Under the pieces are notes generated by a model. That model saw nothing but the letters and a program-made list of their open reading frames with translations. It was not told where the DNA came from and ran no database searches. Source: Sphagnum compactum (lineage: Eukaryota). From it: 64,000 nt of DNA. A program made the position numbers and the translations under genes. This document shows, piece by piece, positions 37,750 through 50,964 of this stretch (positions are counted from its first letter, which is position 1; each line of letters opens with the position of its first letter). The stretch covers positions 32,416,213 through 32,480,212 of the forward strand of contig OZ234493.1 of assembly GCA_965153455.1 (NCBI GenBank), written 5' to 3'.

Positions 37750-40395
37750 CAGAATCTCCTTCTCAGACACATCCAAATGTTTCCAAGCTCCCGCCAACGG
37801 CACTCATATTCTGTCCGCACTCTACTTTTCCAGCTTCAAACACCAGAAATCTGTGCTCATGTCAAACCTCCGCGCGACAATCTCCTGGCCACATCCTCAA
37901 ACTCGTAGTAGCCATTCTCGGGGGGGGGTTTGTTCGTTCCATCTTAAAGAAAATCTATTCCGTAAGGAAACAACAAATGCATCAGAAAAAACAGGAGGTA
38001 CTTACTTCATCGCGGGATCCACTGCTTGCAATTCCAAACCATTCCGAACCCGATGCAAAAAAAGTGACGCGAAGGAAACGAAGGAAGCACCAGCAAACAA
38101 CAAACAATGACAGTGTTGTGCGTAATGGAGCTGCTCCTGCTGCTGCTGCTGCGGCGATGGTGATTCTCGTGCGTAGTTGTCCAACGCTCGCGAACGTTCA
38201 CGGTTCCACTTCCACTGAGACGTTCCTCGTTTCCTGGTTTTCTCCGCCCTTGTTCCCTAACACACAATTCTATGTACCGTAACGAGAGTTCTAAAAACAA
38301 ACAAACAAACAACCCTATCTGATATTAGCCACAATCGCCTAAATTTGTTTGTGCGAATTTTCGTTCAAATGCCAAAAATTAATTAATTAAATAAATTGGA
38401 ACTGGAACCAGTTTTTTTTTTTCTTTCTTTCTTCATGTTGCTCCCAAAAGTGGCGATCAGCCACAAGAGGATTTAGCCAAATCTAGCCTGCAGGCAAATA
38501 GAGAAGTAGAAAATCTATGAATACTATTACATGTTGGTGAACCACTAGAACCCTATTAGCTAAATATGGCAATTTCAAAAGGAAAAAAAAAAGCTAGAAA
38601 TTTTGCTCAAACTCTAAAAGGATGTGTAAATTTTTCTATTTTTCTTTTTGGAATGTAGCCAAACTTTGGTTATTCCTCTTGCAGATGATTGCTTATGTGG
38701 CTACATCACATATTTGAAAAAAAAAAAAAAACCCTTGTTTCCAAAGCTAAAAAAATGAGTTGATATTATTTTTGGGTAATTTTTTTTTTTTTTTTAATTT
38801 CAATATGGAAGTTGACCCTAGGTAACTTGCAAGAGTGGGCAAGTTAACATGAATGGTCAAGGCACATGTAGTGTATTTGGAGAGTGGATTATTTTAGATA
38901 ACATGATTTGCAATGTTTTTTTTTTTTTCAATTTGGTTAAGTTGGTCATGTTGCAATTGGGGTTTAGAATAGTTAATCACGTGTTAAAATAGTGTTATGT
39001 GTTTGAGCAGATTATTGACAACACCCTCACTTCGAAATGTCAACTTTTTGGCAAATTTACAAATTATTGAACTAAAGATATATTTACGTTGCAAACCACA
39101 GTAGTTGCTCAAAATGTAAAATTAACTTTTTTCTTTTTCTTTTTCTTTTTTTTTTCCTTTTTTTAATTTACGTAGATGTGAAAGCAATCTACATGATACA
39201 AAGTTATTAGTACCAATTTCAAGCAAGTTTTTAAAATTTATTAGGCAATTTTCATTTTTGCAACTTAAATTAGAACCTCCACCAAAATCTGAAATTAGAA
39301 TTGAATTTCAAACAAAAAAACAGAATTTGGAATTCTTGACAATTTGAATTGGATATGAATTTTGAAAATAGTTCACAAGTTAGAACTATTATGTTGAATT
39401 CCAATTAATAAATAGGACCATAAAAATGTTATCTACCTAAATGAATACAAAAAATCACGGTCTAGATCAATTAGCTAATTCGAGTAATTATGTATTAAAT
39501 ATAAAGTGTCTTGTCAACACCCCCCATGCTATTCTCATAGACTTTGTAAGTCATAATGGACGCATTGTTAGGGCTTGAAAAACTAGAATCCTAGCCTCAA
39601 GTTATGATGGCAATTGTAAGAGTAATGTGGTCACTCACAAGTAATAGTTCACCCATCCCTAGTGGCCACATTCAACCAACAATTTGGACAATTTAGAGAC
39701 ACATATCATCTTGAGTAAGTTTTTCATTTTATCACAACACCTTCCAATTTTTAGCGACTGAATGAGTTTTCATCCTTCACTTTTGACCGTTGTGATTGTG
39801 GCTTAGCTCAGGAAATTGATTGTTTCGCACCAAATTTGTGGAGCTTGCTATGGCTGGTAAATGGCGCAACATAGTTGTGCATCTCCAAAAACAAGTGTAA
39901 TAAATTGGAACTGACTGCGTATTTCTGATTGGTCGATCATAATGATTGGTCCAAGAAAGTGAATCATTATACCTTCATCTTTCACAATTGGAGGCAATTG
40001 TTTTTTGTTGCATATGGTCAAGTTTTGTATTTGGGTGGAAGATCTTTGATAAAGTGAATGGTGTAGCTAGAAATATATTTATGCAATTAATCCAAGAATT
40101 GACAATACCCCCTCTCAATCGACTTAACTTTAGATGACATTTGGAAGAGCAATCTTCATTCTTCCTTTCTTGTTGACTCTCAAGAAATGGAAAGAAACTA
40201 TGATAGCTTTTCCAAGGTTGTGCCAAATCAAAAAAGGCGTGGTTGAGCTTGGAGATTAATCCATGATGTCAAATCTTTCGATTTTGATTCCTCTCATTCC
40301 TAATGCATTGGTAATTCATGATTTATGTGGCCACACTTGTGTGAACCATCTTTTACTTTGTTATTGTATTAATTTCAATGTGTAAATAGAAACTA

Positions 40396-40719
40396 TCGTA
40401 GTACCTTTTCAGGTTCGGCATAATGTGCTGAATAATTAACATAATTTGAAGATTTTGATTCAATGCTTGAGTTTTTGATTTTGAATATTTTGACATATAA
40501 GGATTAAATTAAATAATGTTGCCACAATTTTCAGAAGTTTTTTTTATTGTGCGTTTGGTTAGACTAATGAATAAGGCTTCAACACTACATTGAATTAGTA
40601 GTGGGTTCAAATTTGGCCGCCTTGATTGAATTTTCGACGTTCAATTTTATTTTATTTTTGAAAATTTAGACAAAAGTAAAAATACTATAATTTGTGCCGA
40701 ACTTGAAAAGGTACTACAC
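40396..40719. mobile_element. MITE, probably Tc1/mariner-derived
   Basis: Inverted repeats GTAGTACCTTTTCAGGTTCGGCATAA (40398) and reverse-complement GTAGTACCTTTTCAAGTTCGGCACAA (ending 40717). TA lies 2 nt outside each end, consistent with a TA TSD. The interior is AT-rich and non-coding. Confidence 0.7.
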
Positions 40720-43700
40720 TAATTCAATTTGGTGATGGCATTTGTGCATGGGGCTATGCCCTAATTTTCTTACTTTGACTATCCAAGCCATAATTTTCTT
40801 ACCTAAAAAAAATGGGAAACCAAAACTATTTTTTACGTTAAATTGAGACAACCACTATTAAATAACTCTATGGTAGAACTAGTTAATGAAACATTAAATG
40901 AGTTGGAAGAGTTATATATCATGCTCTAACCATAGAAGATTATAAGATGCATCATAACATATAAAGAAGATGATAAATATTTTCATGAAGGTCTATAAAA
41001 ATTTATTAAAGATACTTGACTTTTCTCAAGCTCAATATTCTAATTTATTGTTAAAACTCTCAAACTTTATCTTTCCTAATGGCTTTATGTAAAATTTTAG
41101 CTATAAGCTTATGAATATTGAATACATGTTTTATCTCAACTTCTCCTAAAAATAACTTTTCCCCAATGTAATGATATTACACCTCTATATATTTAATTTG
41201 AATGTGGAATATAAGGTTATTAACAATTATTATGCAACTCAATTTATCATCTAACATTTTTCATTTTGTGATGTGTGATCATACCCATCTCCAAGAAGAT
41301 GATGGAGCTATGTACTTGCCTTTGTTTTGTCAATCTTGACACATGATTTTATTTTTCTTCTTTGGATGGTAATTGAACACATGTAGCATGTACTTTCAAC
41401 AACCTTTTTTCAACATCTTCTAATACCATTTTCAATTAACATTTGAACCCTAATTGATCCTTAATGAACAATTTCATCCCTCATCCAAAGAATTATTAAA
41501 AAGAATTATATTAAATTTGTGCCCTTTTTGTACAAAATCCCATAATCTAACATAACCTTTTAGGTATTTAAAATTTTTTGGCAACTTGTAGGTGTGGAAT
41601 TCTAAAAGTAACCTAATCACCATTAAGACTTGACAAATGTTACATATCATGCCTAATGTTGTATAAATATTAAAAAATCCAAACATTTTTTCTAAAAATT
41701 GTAAGGTTATTTAGTTTTTCATCCTTTTCTTTTTCATCTTGAATTCTTCAGGTAATGGTGAAGTTGTTGCATTGTTGTTGGTCATGCAGAATTTAATCAA
41801 AAATTAGTGCCCATGTTATTGTTGTGTCATGAAGATTCCACTACCAACGTTTCAAATTACTATAACTAAAAAATATCCCACATATTAGATCAATCATAGT
41901 AGTTATTTTTAAATTAAAATTTAACCTAAGTATTATTTTCCTTGTGGGCATTTAGTATATACAAGATTGTGATAACTATTTATTTTCAATGAAATAGCTA
42001 GTATAAACTGTAGTTAATATTATTTAATTTCAAACTTGGTTATTGAAGGTGTGAATCTTTTTCATACCATGCCCTAGGAGCTTGATGTTAGCATATAGGG
42101 CTTTAATGAATCAACAAATTGTATCTTCGTGTTTTTTTTTGATAAAACTTTGAAATACTGTGTCATGTAAGTTATAAATATTCCAAATTTCCACTTAAGT
42201 ATGTCATCTTAGCATTTAAAAGAAACATGTCCTATCATTATGTGTGGTTAGAGCCACAATTGACCTAATGGTGTTCCATTTAACAATTAATGAAAATGTC
42301 ATTGTAAAATCCTTGTTTTTTTTCTATTCAAAACCCTTGCAACAAAACACACCTTCAATTTCTTTGATTTTCCATCAAGGTTAGGTTTCATGAGTTGTAT
42401 ACCCGTTTAGTGATTATCAGGTTTATTTTCTTTCGATATATGTTCTGAAGTACCAAAGTGTTGCTTTTCCAAATGGATCCCATTTTTCGTTTCGATGATT
42501 TATTTTATTTGGACAACATGTTTGGACCCCCCTTGATTTGTGCAAACCTTGTTGATATAAATATTAAAGGTTAATTTATTAATATTTGTTTGTGACTTGA
42601 AAATTTTGAAAATAGCAAAATTATCACTTGATTATCCATAAAGCCTTTTCATCGCCCTTGATTATGAATTTTAAATGTTAACATTTGTAAACCTAGCCAA
42701 CTTGGTTGAAATAAGAAATGGTTCATCTAAGTTGTGCACAATTGTAACTAATGTGGCCAACCTATGGTTAACTTGGATTTGCATTATTCAAGTCGAACAC
42801 ATGGTTTTCTTTGTAAATGATAAAAAAAATTTACTCAATGTTGTTGGAACTAAACTATAGTTAGAAATGTAATGGAGTTCAATGCACATTTAAAGTCAGG
42901 GGATTAGAAGGCAACACACTATGATTCCATGTTGACTTTCAAATAAGTTGATTGCTTATGAATTGATGATAAACAAAGAGTTCTAAATAAGCACATTTAA
43001 TTTCAAAATTTAATAGAGTGACTAACAAAGTTTGATAAAGATGGAATACCAATTAGTATGCAAGATTGTAAAAATGCTACCTACCTGAGTGAATCTAGTA
43101 AGCACAAATTAGATTACATATTTAATTAAAGTAATAATCTACTTAATATGAAGGTATCATGTCAACAAAAATCTCATCAAACAAATCTTTATTAGTTTGA
43201 GATGTTTTGTGTGCTTGGAGGTTGGAGCCCTTGGTTTTTAGTGTGGCTTGATATAGCCCTAAGAAATTCTTGTTTTGAATTATTCCATTTGTGTGGTTAC
43301 CATTGAGGCATCCCACCCTTTAAGGATTTTTTTGGGTACTTTTAATCGTTTGCAATACTTTCCAAAATGTTGTTCATGATGTCCAAGCTTCCTTTCTACA
43401 CATGTGAATGAATAGATTACTTCCTTGAATAAAATAATTTTTCTTCCCCCTTGTTTTGTATTATGGTCCAATGGGTTGATATCACCTAGGAACATGGCGA
43501 ACCTAGTAGTCTTTTTTTGTTAGGTGATAACAAGTTTTCTCAAGGCTTGTTCTATAGCGTAATTAGTTATCCCCACCATTGTTTCGCATCTCAAGGGTGT
43601 CCTCCAATGTGAAATTTCACACTACAAATGAAATTGATTGCATCCAAAGTGGAACCAATAGATGGTTGCCAATTCCACATGGGAAAAAACCTCAAAAAGT

Positions 43701-44385
43701 GCTTAAATAAGACACCCAAATTGGTTATGTACTATGAAATGGACAACTTACCACTATGATGAATATAAGTGGCACCTAACATAATGGCCAACCGTGAGCC
43801 CATTCTATTATGTTAAAATCTTTTGAGGAATTGTGATGTGCCATGACATAATCATGGAACAATATAAGAACTTCAATGATGGAACACGTGAATGTCATGG
43901 GAGCATCATTCGAACATGGGAACATCTTGGGAATTGTGAAAATGAAACATGAGAAACATAGTAATATGTAATATAATTTTATTTACATAGTAAACATGGA
44001 ACATAATTTTATTTATTTTCAAAAGTTTTGACATGTGACAACTTGAAGAGCAGTGGTGTTACCCATGTTACTATGTTTTTGAATGTAAAAAAAAAGGCAC
44101 CACAAATGTTACTAGACTAGGAATGTTGGTTGTATAAGACCAAACATATATATTGAGCATGTTGTATATCTTGGAATGAAGTACATGGATCTTCTCATGT
44201 GAGTCTCAATGTCATGATCCCACATTAACCTCATGATCCAACAAGTCTTACAAGTTGGAAATTTAGTTGATTTAGTTCCTACTTACCAAATATGTATGAG
44301 TTTTGTGCATGTATACAGTAATGATATACACATGGTGTGAGTGTAAGCGTATAAAATCTCACCCACATTAATGTAATACATAGTG

Positions 44386-44730
44386 CAAGTGCAAAAAAAT
44401 GCACTTGCATGCAACATAATGGTTGAGTAAAGCCATGAAAAATCAGACAAATTCATTAAAAAAATCATACTAAGCAAAAATCATGTAGACATTGTTTTCT
44501 TTCAAATCGAATGTTTCATTAATCTTTTAAAATACATTTGAAGAATGGGTCAAACCATTGAAGTGAAAGTGCAAAACAAATGCACTTGCACACAACATAG
44601 TGTTTGAGTAAAGCCATGAAAAATCAGGCAAATTCGTAAAACATGAAAAATAATAAACAAAAATCATGTAGATGTGGTTTTTTTTCAAACCAAATGTTTC
44701 ATTAAAATCTTTGAGAATACATTTTTAAAA
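44386..44730. repeat. Diverged tandem duplication (~180 bp x2)
   Basis: AAGTGCAAAA..AATGCACTTGCA..CAACATA..TTGAGTAAAGCCATGAAAAATCAG.CAAATTC..AAAAATCATGTAGA..AATGTTTCATTAA occurs twice. Confidence 0.85.
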
Positions 44731-45021
44731 TGGTACATAATGATTTCCAAATTGAAACATGCATTTGTGTGATGCAATGTTAGATGAATGTATAGGATTG
44801 ACACATTACAGTCAGCCGGTCCATGTAACCCAGACACAAGAGGCCTCCACTAACCTGAAATAGCTGAGGATCAACATCAAACTAATTTCTTCTTGTTTAT
44901 GAATAAGTGGGTTATATCATGATCACCACGTCAATTATCTAGTTGATGAAAATAAGAATTAACCATAATAAGAATCACTTATAAGATTAAAGACCAAGGA
45001 GCCTCCGCATTCTTGAGGAAT

Positions 45022-45181
45022 CAATTTACCTAGACTAGGGAGGTATTGAAAACTATGATGCCTACCCAATTGTCAAAGGCGATTGTGTTCACCGATTCCA
45101 CAATTTACCTAGACTAGGGAGGTATTGGAAGCTATGATGCCTACCCAATTGTCAAAGGCGATTGTGTTCACCAATTCCACA
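45022..45181. repeat. Near-perfect tandem duplication (79 bp x2)
   Basis: CAATTTACCTAGACTAGGGAGGTATTG..CTATGATGCCTACCCAATTGTCAAAGGCGATTGTGTTCACC.ATTCCA at 45022 and 45101. Confidence 0.9.
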
Positions 45182-45789
45182 CTTGCAATACGCAATCAAC
45201 TGCTCAAGGTTATTACATGCTACCCTGGATTATGATCTGGATGGATCTAATTCTATGCGATCATTTGTACTTATCTATCCATGCAAATGGTTTTCCTTTT
45301 CTTTTCAAATTTGGATTTGTATTGTCCAAGAGCAAAAGTATAATTTTGTTGGAGTGGCAGGGTTTGAACTTGGAATGCATCCCTTTACCGATGACTTCAT
45401 AACCCTATTGCTACTTGGAGGAAAATGTTATAGTCCCTCCCTTCATGCATGAAAAGAGGCTGTCTTGATTCTCATTACAGTTGCTTTGTAGCTGTAGCAG
45501 TAACCGGCTCCAGGCCACCAGTTGCTGGAAATAGGGGTGCCGCCTCGGCTATTTCAGGTGAGTGGAGACCTCTTGTGTCTGGGTTACATAGAAATTTTGG
45601 ATCCGACAACATGTCAGGAATAAAAACCATGTAAAAGAGAGAGGAAACCCAACTCTAAAGGAAACAGATGTTGCAGAGAAAACTCCACAGAAACACTTCA
45701 AGGTGGCTGTTATGTCAGTTCTAGCCAAACAAAAGCAAACACAGAACAAACACAACAAGCACGTGTGCAGTCATAAGCTTGTATGTGTC

Positions 45790-46312
45790 ACTCACAAAAC
45801 AGTTTACAGAAACAATCAAGCTCTGCAAGCAGCCAGCAGAGAGCCCAGTGCAAGAATTGTGAGTGTCAATCACAAAGAAATCTACAGAAGAATCAAGCTT
45901 TGCAAGCAGCCAACTGAGTGCCATTCACAAAAAAATTACAGAACAGTCAAACTTTGCAAGCAGCCAACTGAGTGTCATCCACAAACAATTTTCAGAAACA
46001 ATCAAGCTTTGCAAACAGCCAGCTGAATGTCATTCACAAACAATTTTCAGAAACAATCAAGCTTTGCAAGCTGCCACCAAAGAGTTCAGAATATGGATCA
46101 GGATTGTTATTCACAAACAATTTACAGAACAATCAAACTTTGCAAGAAGCCAGCAGAGAATTCAGTGCATGGAGAAAGAATTTCCCAGAACATTCAAGCT
46201 TTGCAATCAGCCAGCAGAGAATTCAGTGCATCAATTGTCAGTTGTTGCTCACAAAGAATTTACAGAACAATTCAAGTGGTGTAAGCAGCCAGCATGGAGT
46301 TCATCAGTGCAT
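45790..46312. repeat. Eight-copy repeat array just downstream of the LHCB6 stop codon
   Basis: A ~45-bp core, CACAAACAATTT(T/A)CAGAAACAATCAAGCTTTGCAAGCAGCCAGC, starts at ~45793, 45871, 45927, 45980, 46035, 46112, 46175 and 46250, with linkers of variable length. Confidence 0.9.
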
Positions 46313-46395
46313 GGAGGAAAGCAAAAGGATTTTGTGTGGAGACCTTGTTACAACAGCAGTGCGACGAATTTTTTGTGTGTGTGTGTGTACACCTA

Positions 46396-47324
46396 TTACA
46401 ATCCAAGAGCACCGAGTGGGGTGAGGCCCTGTCCTGCTTCAAAGTAGAAGATAAGCATGGCTACCATGGCAAGCCGGGCATGCTTGATCTCTGCAAGCTG
46501 CAACCTCTCCAGCTTGCCTAAGTCTGGGGTGTAAACCCCATTCTTGATGTCACCTGCCAATGCCAAAGGGTCGAAGAACTTGCCACCAGGATACCCTTGC
46601 TGACCAGTAGTGTTGGTGAAATTCTCTGCAGTTTTGGACCAAGGAGTTGCCCACTCCACAGCTTGTGTCCCCGGGTTGACAAAGTCTACCCATCTCTTGG
46701 TCTCCACCCAGCCCATGAGCAGCAGCTGCGTTCCCAGAAGCGAACCGAAGGAGAAAGGAGCGACAGCGGCAGGGTCAGCACCCGCCTCGAACCACGGCAC
46801 GCCACTCCAGGCTTGACCGACGAAGATTCCCACCACGGCAGTCAGGGCCCATCTTCCGTGGATGAGCTCAGCTTCTCTGTACCATTTCAGAGCTGCGGGA
46901 TCCTTGCCCAACCCTAGAGGATCAAATCCGTAGTCTCCTGGAAGACTGTAAACCATGAACAGAATTTATGAGCAAATGCAGGGCAATTTTCCAATCTACG
47001 ACCATGGCAAATGAGTCAAGAGTCGAGAGAGAGAGAGACATACGAGCCATCGAGCCATTCGGGGTCGACTAAATTGCCACCGCCCTTGACGCCGGGAAGC
47101 CACGACAACTTGCGGCCGGGCTTGGTCGACCTGATGACCCTCTTGGTGGCCATAGCCGTAACACGGGGGCAGACATTGCCGACACCGAAAGAGACGGACG
47201 GAGAGGAGGACAAGCGCAGACCGCCGCCGCAACTACTGGCATTCGTCCCCTTCACGAAAGACGAACTGAACACAGCCGCAGTGCGCTGCTGCAGCGATAC
47301 GGACGCGCTGCTTGCAACTGCCAT
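46396..47324 (-). CDS. LHCB6: Chlorophyll a/b-binding protein CP24; ~276 aa, 2 exons
   Basis: Exons 47324-47044 and 46945-46396 (total 831 nt). Transit peptide, then [101 protein letters not shown], diagnostic of CP24. Confidence 0.97.
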
Positions 47325-47654
47325 TGCTAATCAACCGACGTCCTTTCGGTCTTGTTCTTGTTCTTATTCCTTCTTTCTCTTTGTCGAAAAACCACGAGCT
47401 TTACGTCCTCTTCCGTTTGCTGAAAACGCTCGCGTGGTTGCCAGAAAACGCGAACAACACAGTTTCAGCAACGCAACAACAACGACAACAACAACGACAA
47501 AGGCAACGACAACTGCAAAATGCAACTGGGAGCTTCGCGCTCAGCGCACGGGCAGACACTGAGCATTTTATTTTTCTCACGGGCAGCAAGATACTGTGTC
47601 TTTTTCCCCACAAGCTGCCAGAAGCCAATGTACACCGCGTCGCTACTGGGTGGC

Positions 47655-47681
47655 CTTATCGTAGCCAACGCCGCTGATTGG
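47655..47681 (-). promoter_or_regulatory. I-box (GATAAG) and CCAAT box in the LHCB6 promoter
   Basis: Minus-strand CCAATCA (47681-47675) followed by GATAAG (47660-47655), ~330 bp upstream of the ATG. This is the typical CCAAT-GATA arrangement of Lhc promoters. Confidence 0.5.
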
Positions 47682-47934
47682 TTGCCAGGTAGTTTCATAT
47701 CCCTCCCTCCAATCAAACGCTTGCTTTGGTGGGCCCCCCCAAAGGGAGTGTTACTATTGGAAGGCTGATATTTTTCGTGTTACTGTAATGCCTTGGGAAC
47801 GGAACGTTCCCCAGCTCTTTTTTCGTTCTCGCGATCCCCGTCAACTTGGGTCAGTTATTATTACTTGAAATTATGTAGCAAAGGAAGGTGCCCAGGATTA
47901 ATTAATTAATTAATTCAATAATTCATTAATTAAA

Positions 47935-48070
47935 TATATTGTGATATCGAAAATTTGGCGAAACTTTCCCAAAAAAAATAGTAAAACTAGTTGAATTTAC
48001 ACTAGAAGAAAATTCAAAAATTCTCAAAAATTTTGGTTTAAAATGACAAAATTTGTATGGAAAGGAACAC
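47935..48070 (+). repeat. Short AT-rich dispersed repeat (second, diverged copy at ~63415-63515)
   Basis: TTGTGATATC(G/A)AAAA..TTTCC..AAAA..ATAG..TACACTAG..GAAAA..AAATTTT occurs at both loci. Confidence 0.5.
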
Positions 48071-49149
48071 TCTTAGAGAGTACATATATAGTACATACCT
48101 ACATACATAAATACATAGGCCTAAGATAATGCCCTTGGAGGGGGGTTCTACCCAAATCTGGGGAGCTAAACAGTTTTAAGTTTAGGGGAGCATAATTTAT
48201 AATTTTTAAAAAATTAAATAGTAAAGGAAGGTGCATTTTTTAATATATGTATATGATTTTTAGAATTCTTAACATACATTTATACATTTTTCAATTCTTC
48301 TAAATTGGTGGGAAGAAGGGATTGCACATTGGGTGGTGGCCTTTACATGCTTTATGATCATGGCTATATAATCATGTAGGAAATAGGGATGGGATGTCTC
48401 ATATGTTATAAGCACATGCACATATGCATTGTTAAGAACTCCATGGTGATGGAAAATGTAGGGGAAATTACTTTCATTTTTTTTCCGAATGAAGTGCAAA
48501 AAAAAAAAGGTTCAGCTTATTGGATTTTTTTGGCAATTTATCTAAATGTAAATAGGGTGTTTAGATTTTCATCATGAAAATATACTTCAAATATATTCAA
48601 AACAAGTTTAATTTTAATAAAAAAGTCTTTTGATATTCCATTATTTCAAATCATACCAAAAAAAAATGCCTTTAGCTCATGTGTTCCATAATATATTTTA
48701 AAAACAATTTCCCTCTAGTGGAGAACATAGGTTTTGCCACCAATTTGCAACTCCAAATATGGCAATTGATAAAACTTTACATTTGATTACGAAAACCAAT
48801 AGTATGGCAACTATTCAATGCAATGTTGATGATGAAAGGTAATGAATTCATTGAAGGTAATGTCTTCAAACTTACAAAAAGGATCAACATACAACTAGTA
48901 TAGTTCAACTTCTATTGACTTCACAACATTATTGGACTAACAAATAAAAACATTTCACTTTTGATTGAATTTAATCAATGTGTGCAACATTTTTGACATG
49001 GGAAGGATGCATGGTAGACCTAGAACCAACTCCAAGGTACACAAAAGTTCTCTAGAGCAAGCTCCTTTTTTAGTACATTTGCATGCATATTCACAATAAA
49101 TAATTTGTATTCCCCTAACACACTAACCCTTCAAAGGGCTAAACATCAA

Positions 49150-50160
49150 TATCCAACAAGTTTTAATGTTGTGTAATAACTTTAACCTCATGGTCTCCAA
49201 TATCTTGGCAAGGTAGCGAATTCCATGACATTCTTTGGATTATGTGAAAAACATAATTAAAAACTAAAATATACTTGAACAATGCATGCAACCATGCTTA
49301 GGTTGTTCAAAACCAAAATTGCTAGGGTGGTCTTATGTGCAATACAATGCACACCAATGAGGTAAGGAGCAATGTGCCCTTTCATTTGTTTAATCACCCC
49401 AACACTACAACCTTGAAACATTAAATCATGCCATCACATCAAGGCAAAATCCACTTGGAGCCATGTTTTCATTCATAAGGCCACCCTATTTGGCCATAAC
49501 ATTAAAAAATGACATTTGTAATGGAGTTTGAAGCTGCACCCACCTCAACTTTTTTAAATGTGAGAAAAATTGGAATGCAATTTCAATTTTTCATTAGTTG
49601 AATGTCGACATTGATCCACTATTGACGGTGGTGACCTAGTTGTAGTAACAACAATGAAATTAACTTACAATAACAAACATTATCAATTGCATTGTGCATG
49701 GCCTTTACAATTTGCCAACCATATTTATATCACCAATGCTTCAAGGGGTTGTGCTTAACCTTGAGCAACATAAACAACTTTTTCAATGACTCATGCTTTA
49801 ATGCTAGCATCCCATGCAAAAAAATGTGCAAGATAGGTAGTTGCAAACTAAGTCAAGTTTCTCTTTGCCCCCCTTGATTGAATGCTAAATCATATTGAGG
49901 CTATAATGGGTTCAAGATGTCACCCACAAAATGTTGTCCCATTTTAGCAATGCATAACATCTTTGTTGGAAAGTAATCCCAATCAAGTAATCCCAATCGC
50001 TTCTCCCCCAACTAATAGCTTTTGTCTTTTGACTAACCATGTGCTTATGAAGTGTGTCAAGCTTTGAAACTAACAATTTATGATCTTTTCCCTCAATTTT
50101 ATTGCAAATTGTGCATCACCCATCCAATTTCTTTTACAAGTCTTCATTTTTATATTTTAG
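49150..50160 (-). mobile_element. Heavily decayed hAT (ZNF862-like) transposase fragment
   Basis: Minus-strand fragments CTICNKIEGKDHKLLVSKLDTLHKH (~50120-50040) and APYLIGVHCIAHKTTLAI (~49370-49315) parallel the CKVC..EGKEKLL..KLNGLQKH and IHCMTH fragments of the 6650-8710 remnant. Confidence 0.6.
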
Positions 50161-50735
50161 AATTTGGGGAAGGGGTTTCACTTTCTTTTGGAATTGAAGA
50201 ATACATAAGTAAAAACATATAGTCCCTCCCATACATTGCATGTTGAATAAAAATAAAAATTCAATTGTTAATACAATAAGATTTCAAGTTTATTTTCAAA
50301 ATCTAAATTATAATCAATCCAAATTATACATTAATAATAGGCATTAATAACATGAATTGTGTGATGAATTTTGATTATAATCATTTGCTAATTACAATCA
50401 AATTGATCTCGTGTATAGCATCAACATTAATACAAAGTATGCCCTTGCAATGTACAAATTTTATATTTCAAGTTTCTCCATGTTAAGGTATAACCTTGCA
50501 CTAGGTATAATATTGTCCAATTTTTTCATGGTATTTGAATAAAATCTTCTTTTGATATTTCTTTTGCATGCCATGTGTTTTTCATTGATACCGTCTCCTA
50601 TGTAAGGTTGAACACAGGTATAGGCCTATTTTTGTTATCATGTATCCTAACCACTGTGTAGCAATAGACATGTGTCCTAATATATCTATTAATGCATCCA
50701 TATACATATGTTAGTAATGATAGTTTTCATTCTTT

Positions 50736-50964
50736 CACATGTACAAACAATGAATTTGAAGATGATAATTTAATTTGTTCATATCACACAATCTCTAATT
50801 GTGGAACCAATTCAAGGTTAACACGTTTTATGAACCAAAACACTTGGTCACACATGTACAAACAATGAATTTGAAGATGATAATTTAATTTGTCCATATC
50901 ACACAATCTTTAATTGTGGAACCAATTCAAGGTTAACATGTTTTATGAACCAAAACATTTGGTC
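50736..50964. repeat. Near-perfect tandem duplication (~115 bp x2)
   Basis: CACATGTACAAACAATGAATTTGAAGATGATAATTTAATTTG..GTGGAACCAATTCAAGGTTAACA.GTTTTATGAACCAAAACA.TTGGTC occurs twice. Confidence 0.9.

Noticed and set aside
41000..44000. AT-rich region with short minus-strand ORFs, possibly a decayed retroelement
   Set aside because: No RT, integrase, gag or transposase motif could be recognised by eye.
45790..46312. CRISPR-like repeat/spacer appearance (also at 52790-53310 and 12620-14390)
   Set aside because: Eukaryotic context with no cas genes. The repeats are degenerate, and the linkers are related to one another and of irregular length, as expected for tandem duplication.
45703..46447. 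Repetitive ORFs of 107-194 aa antisense to the LHCB6 3' region
   Set aside because: Translations of the repeat array in shifting frames; no coding signature.
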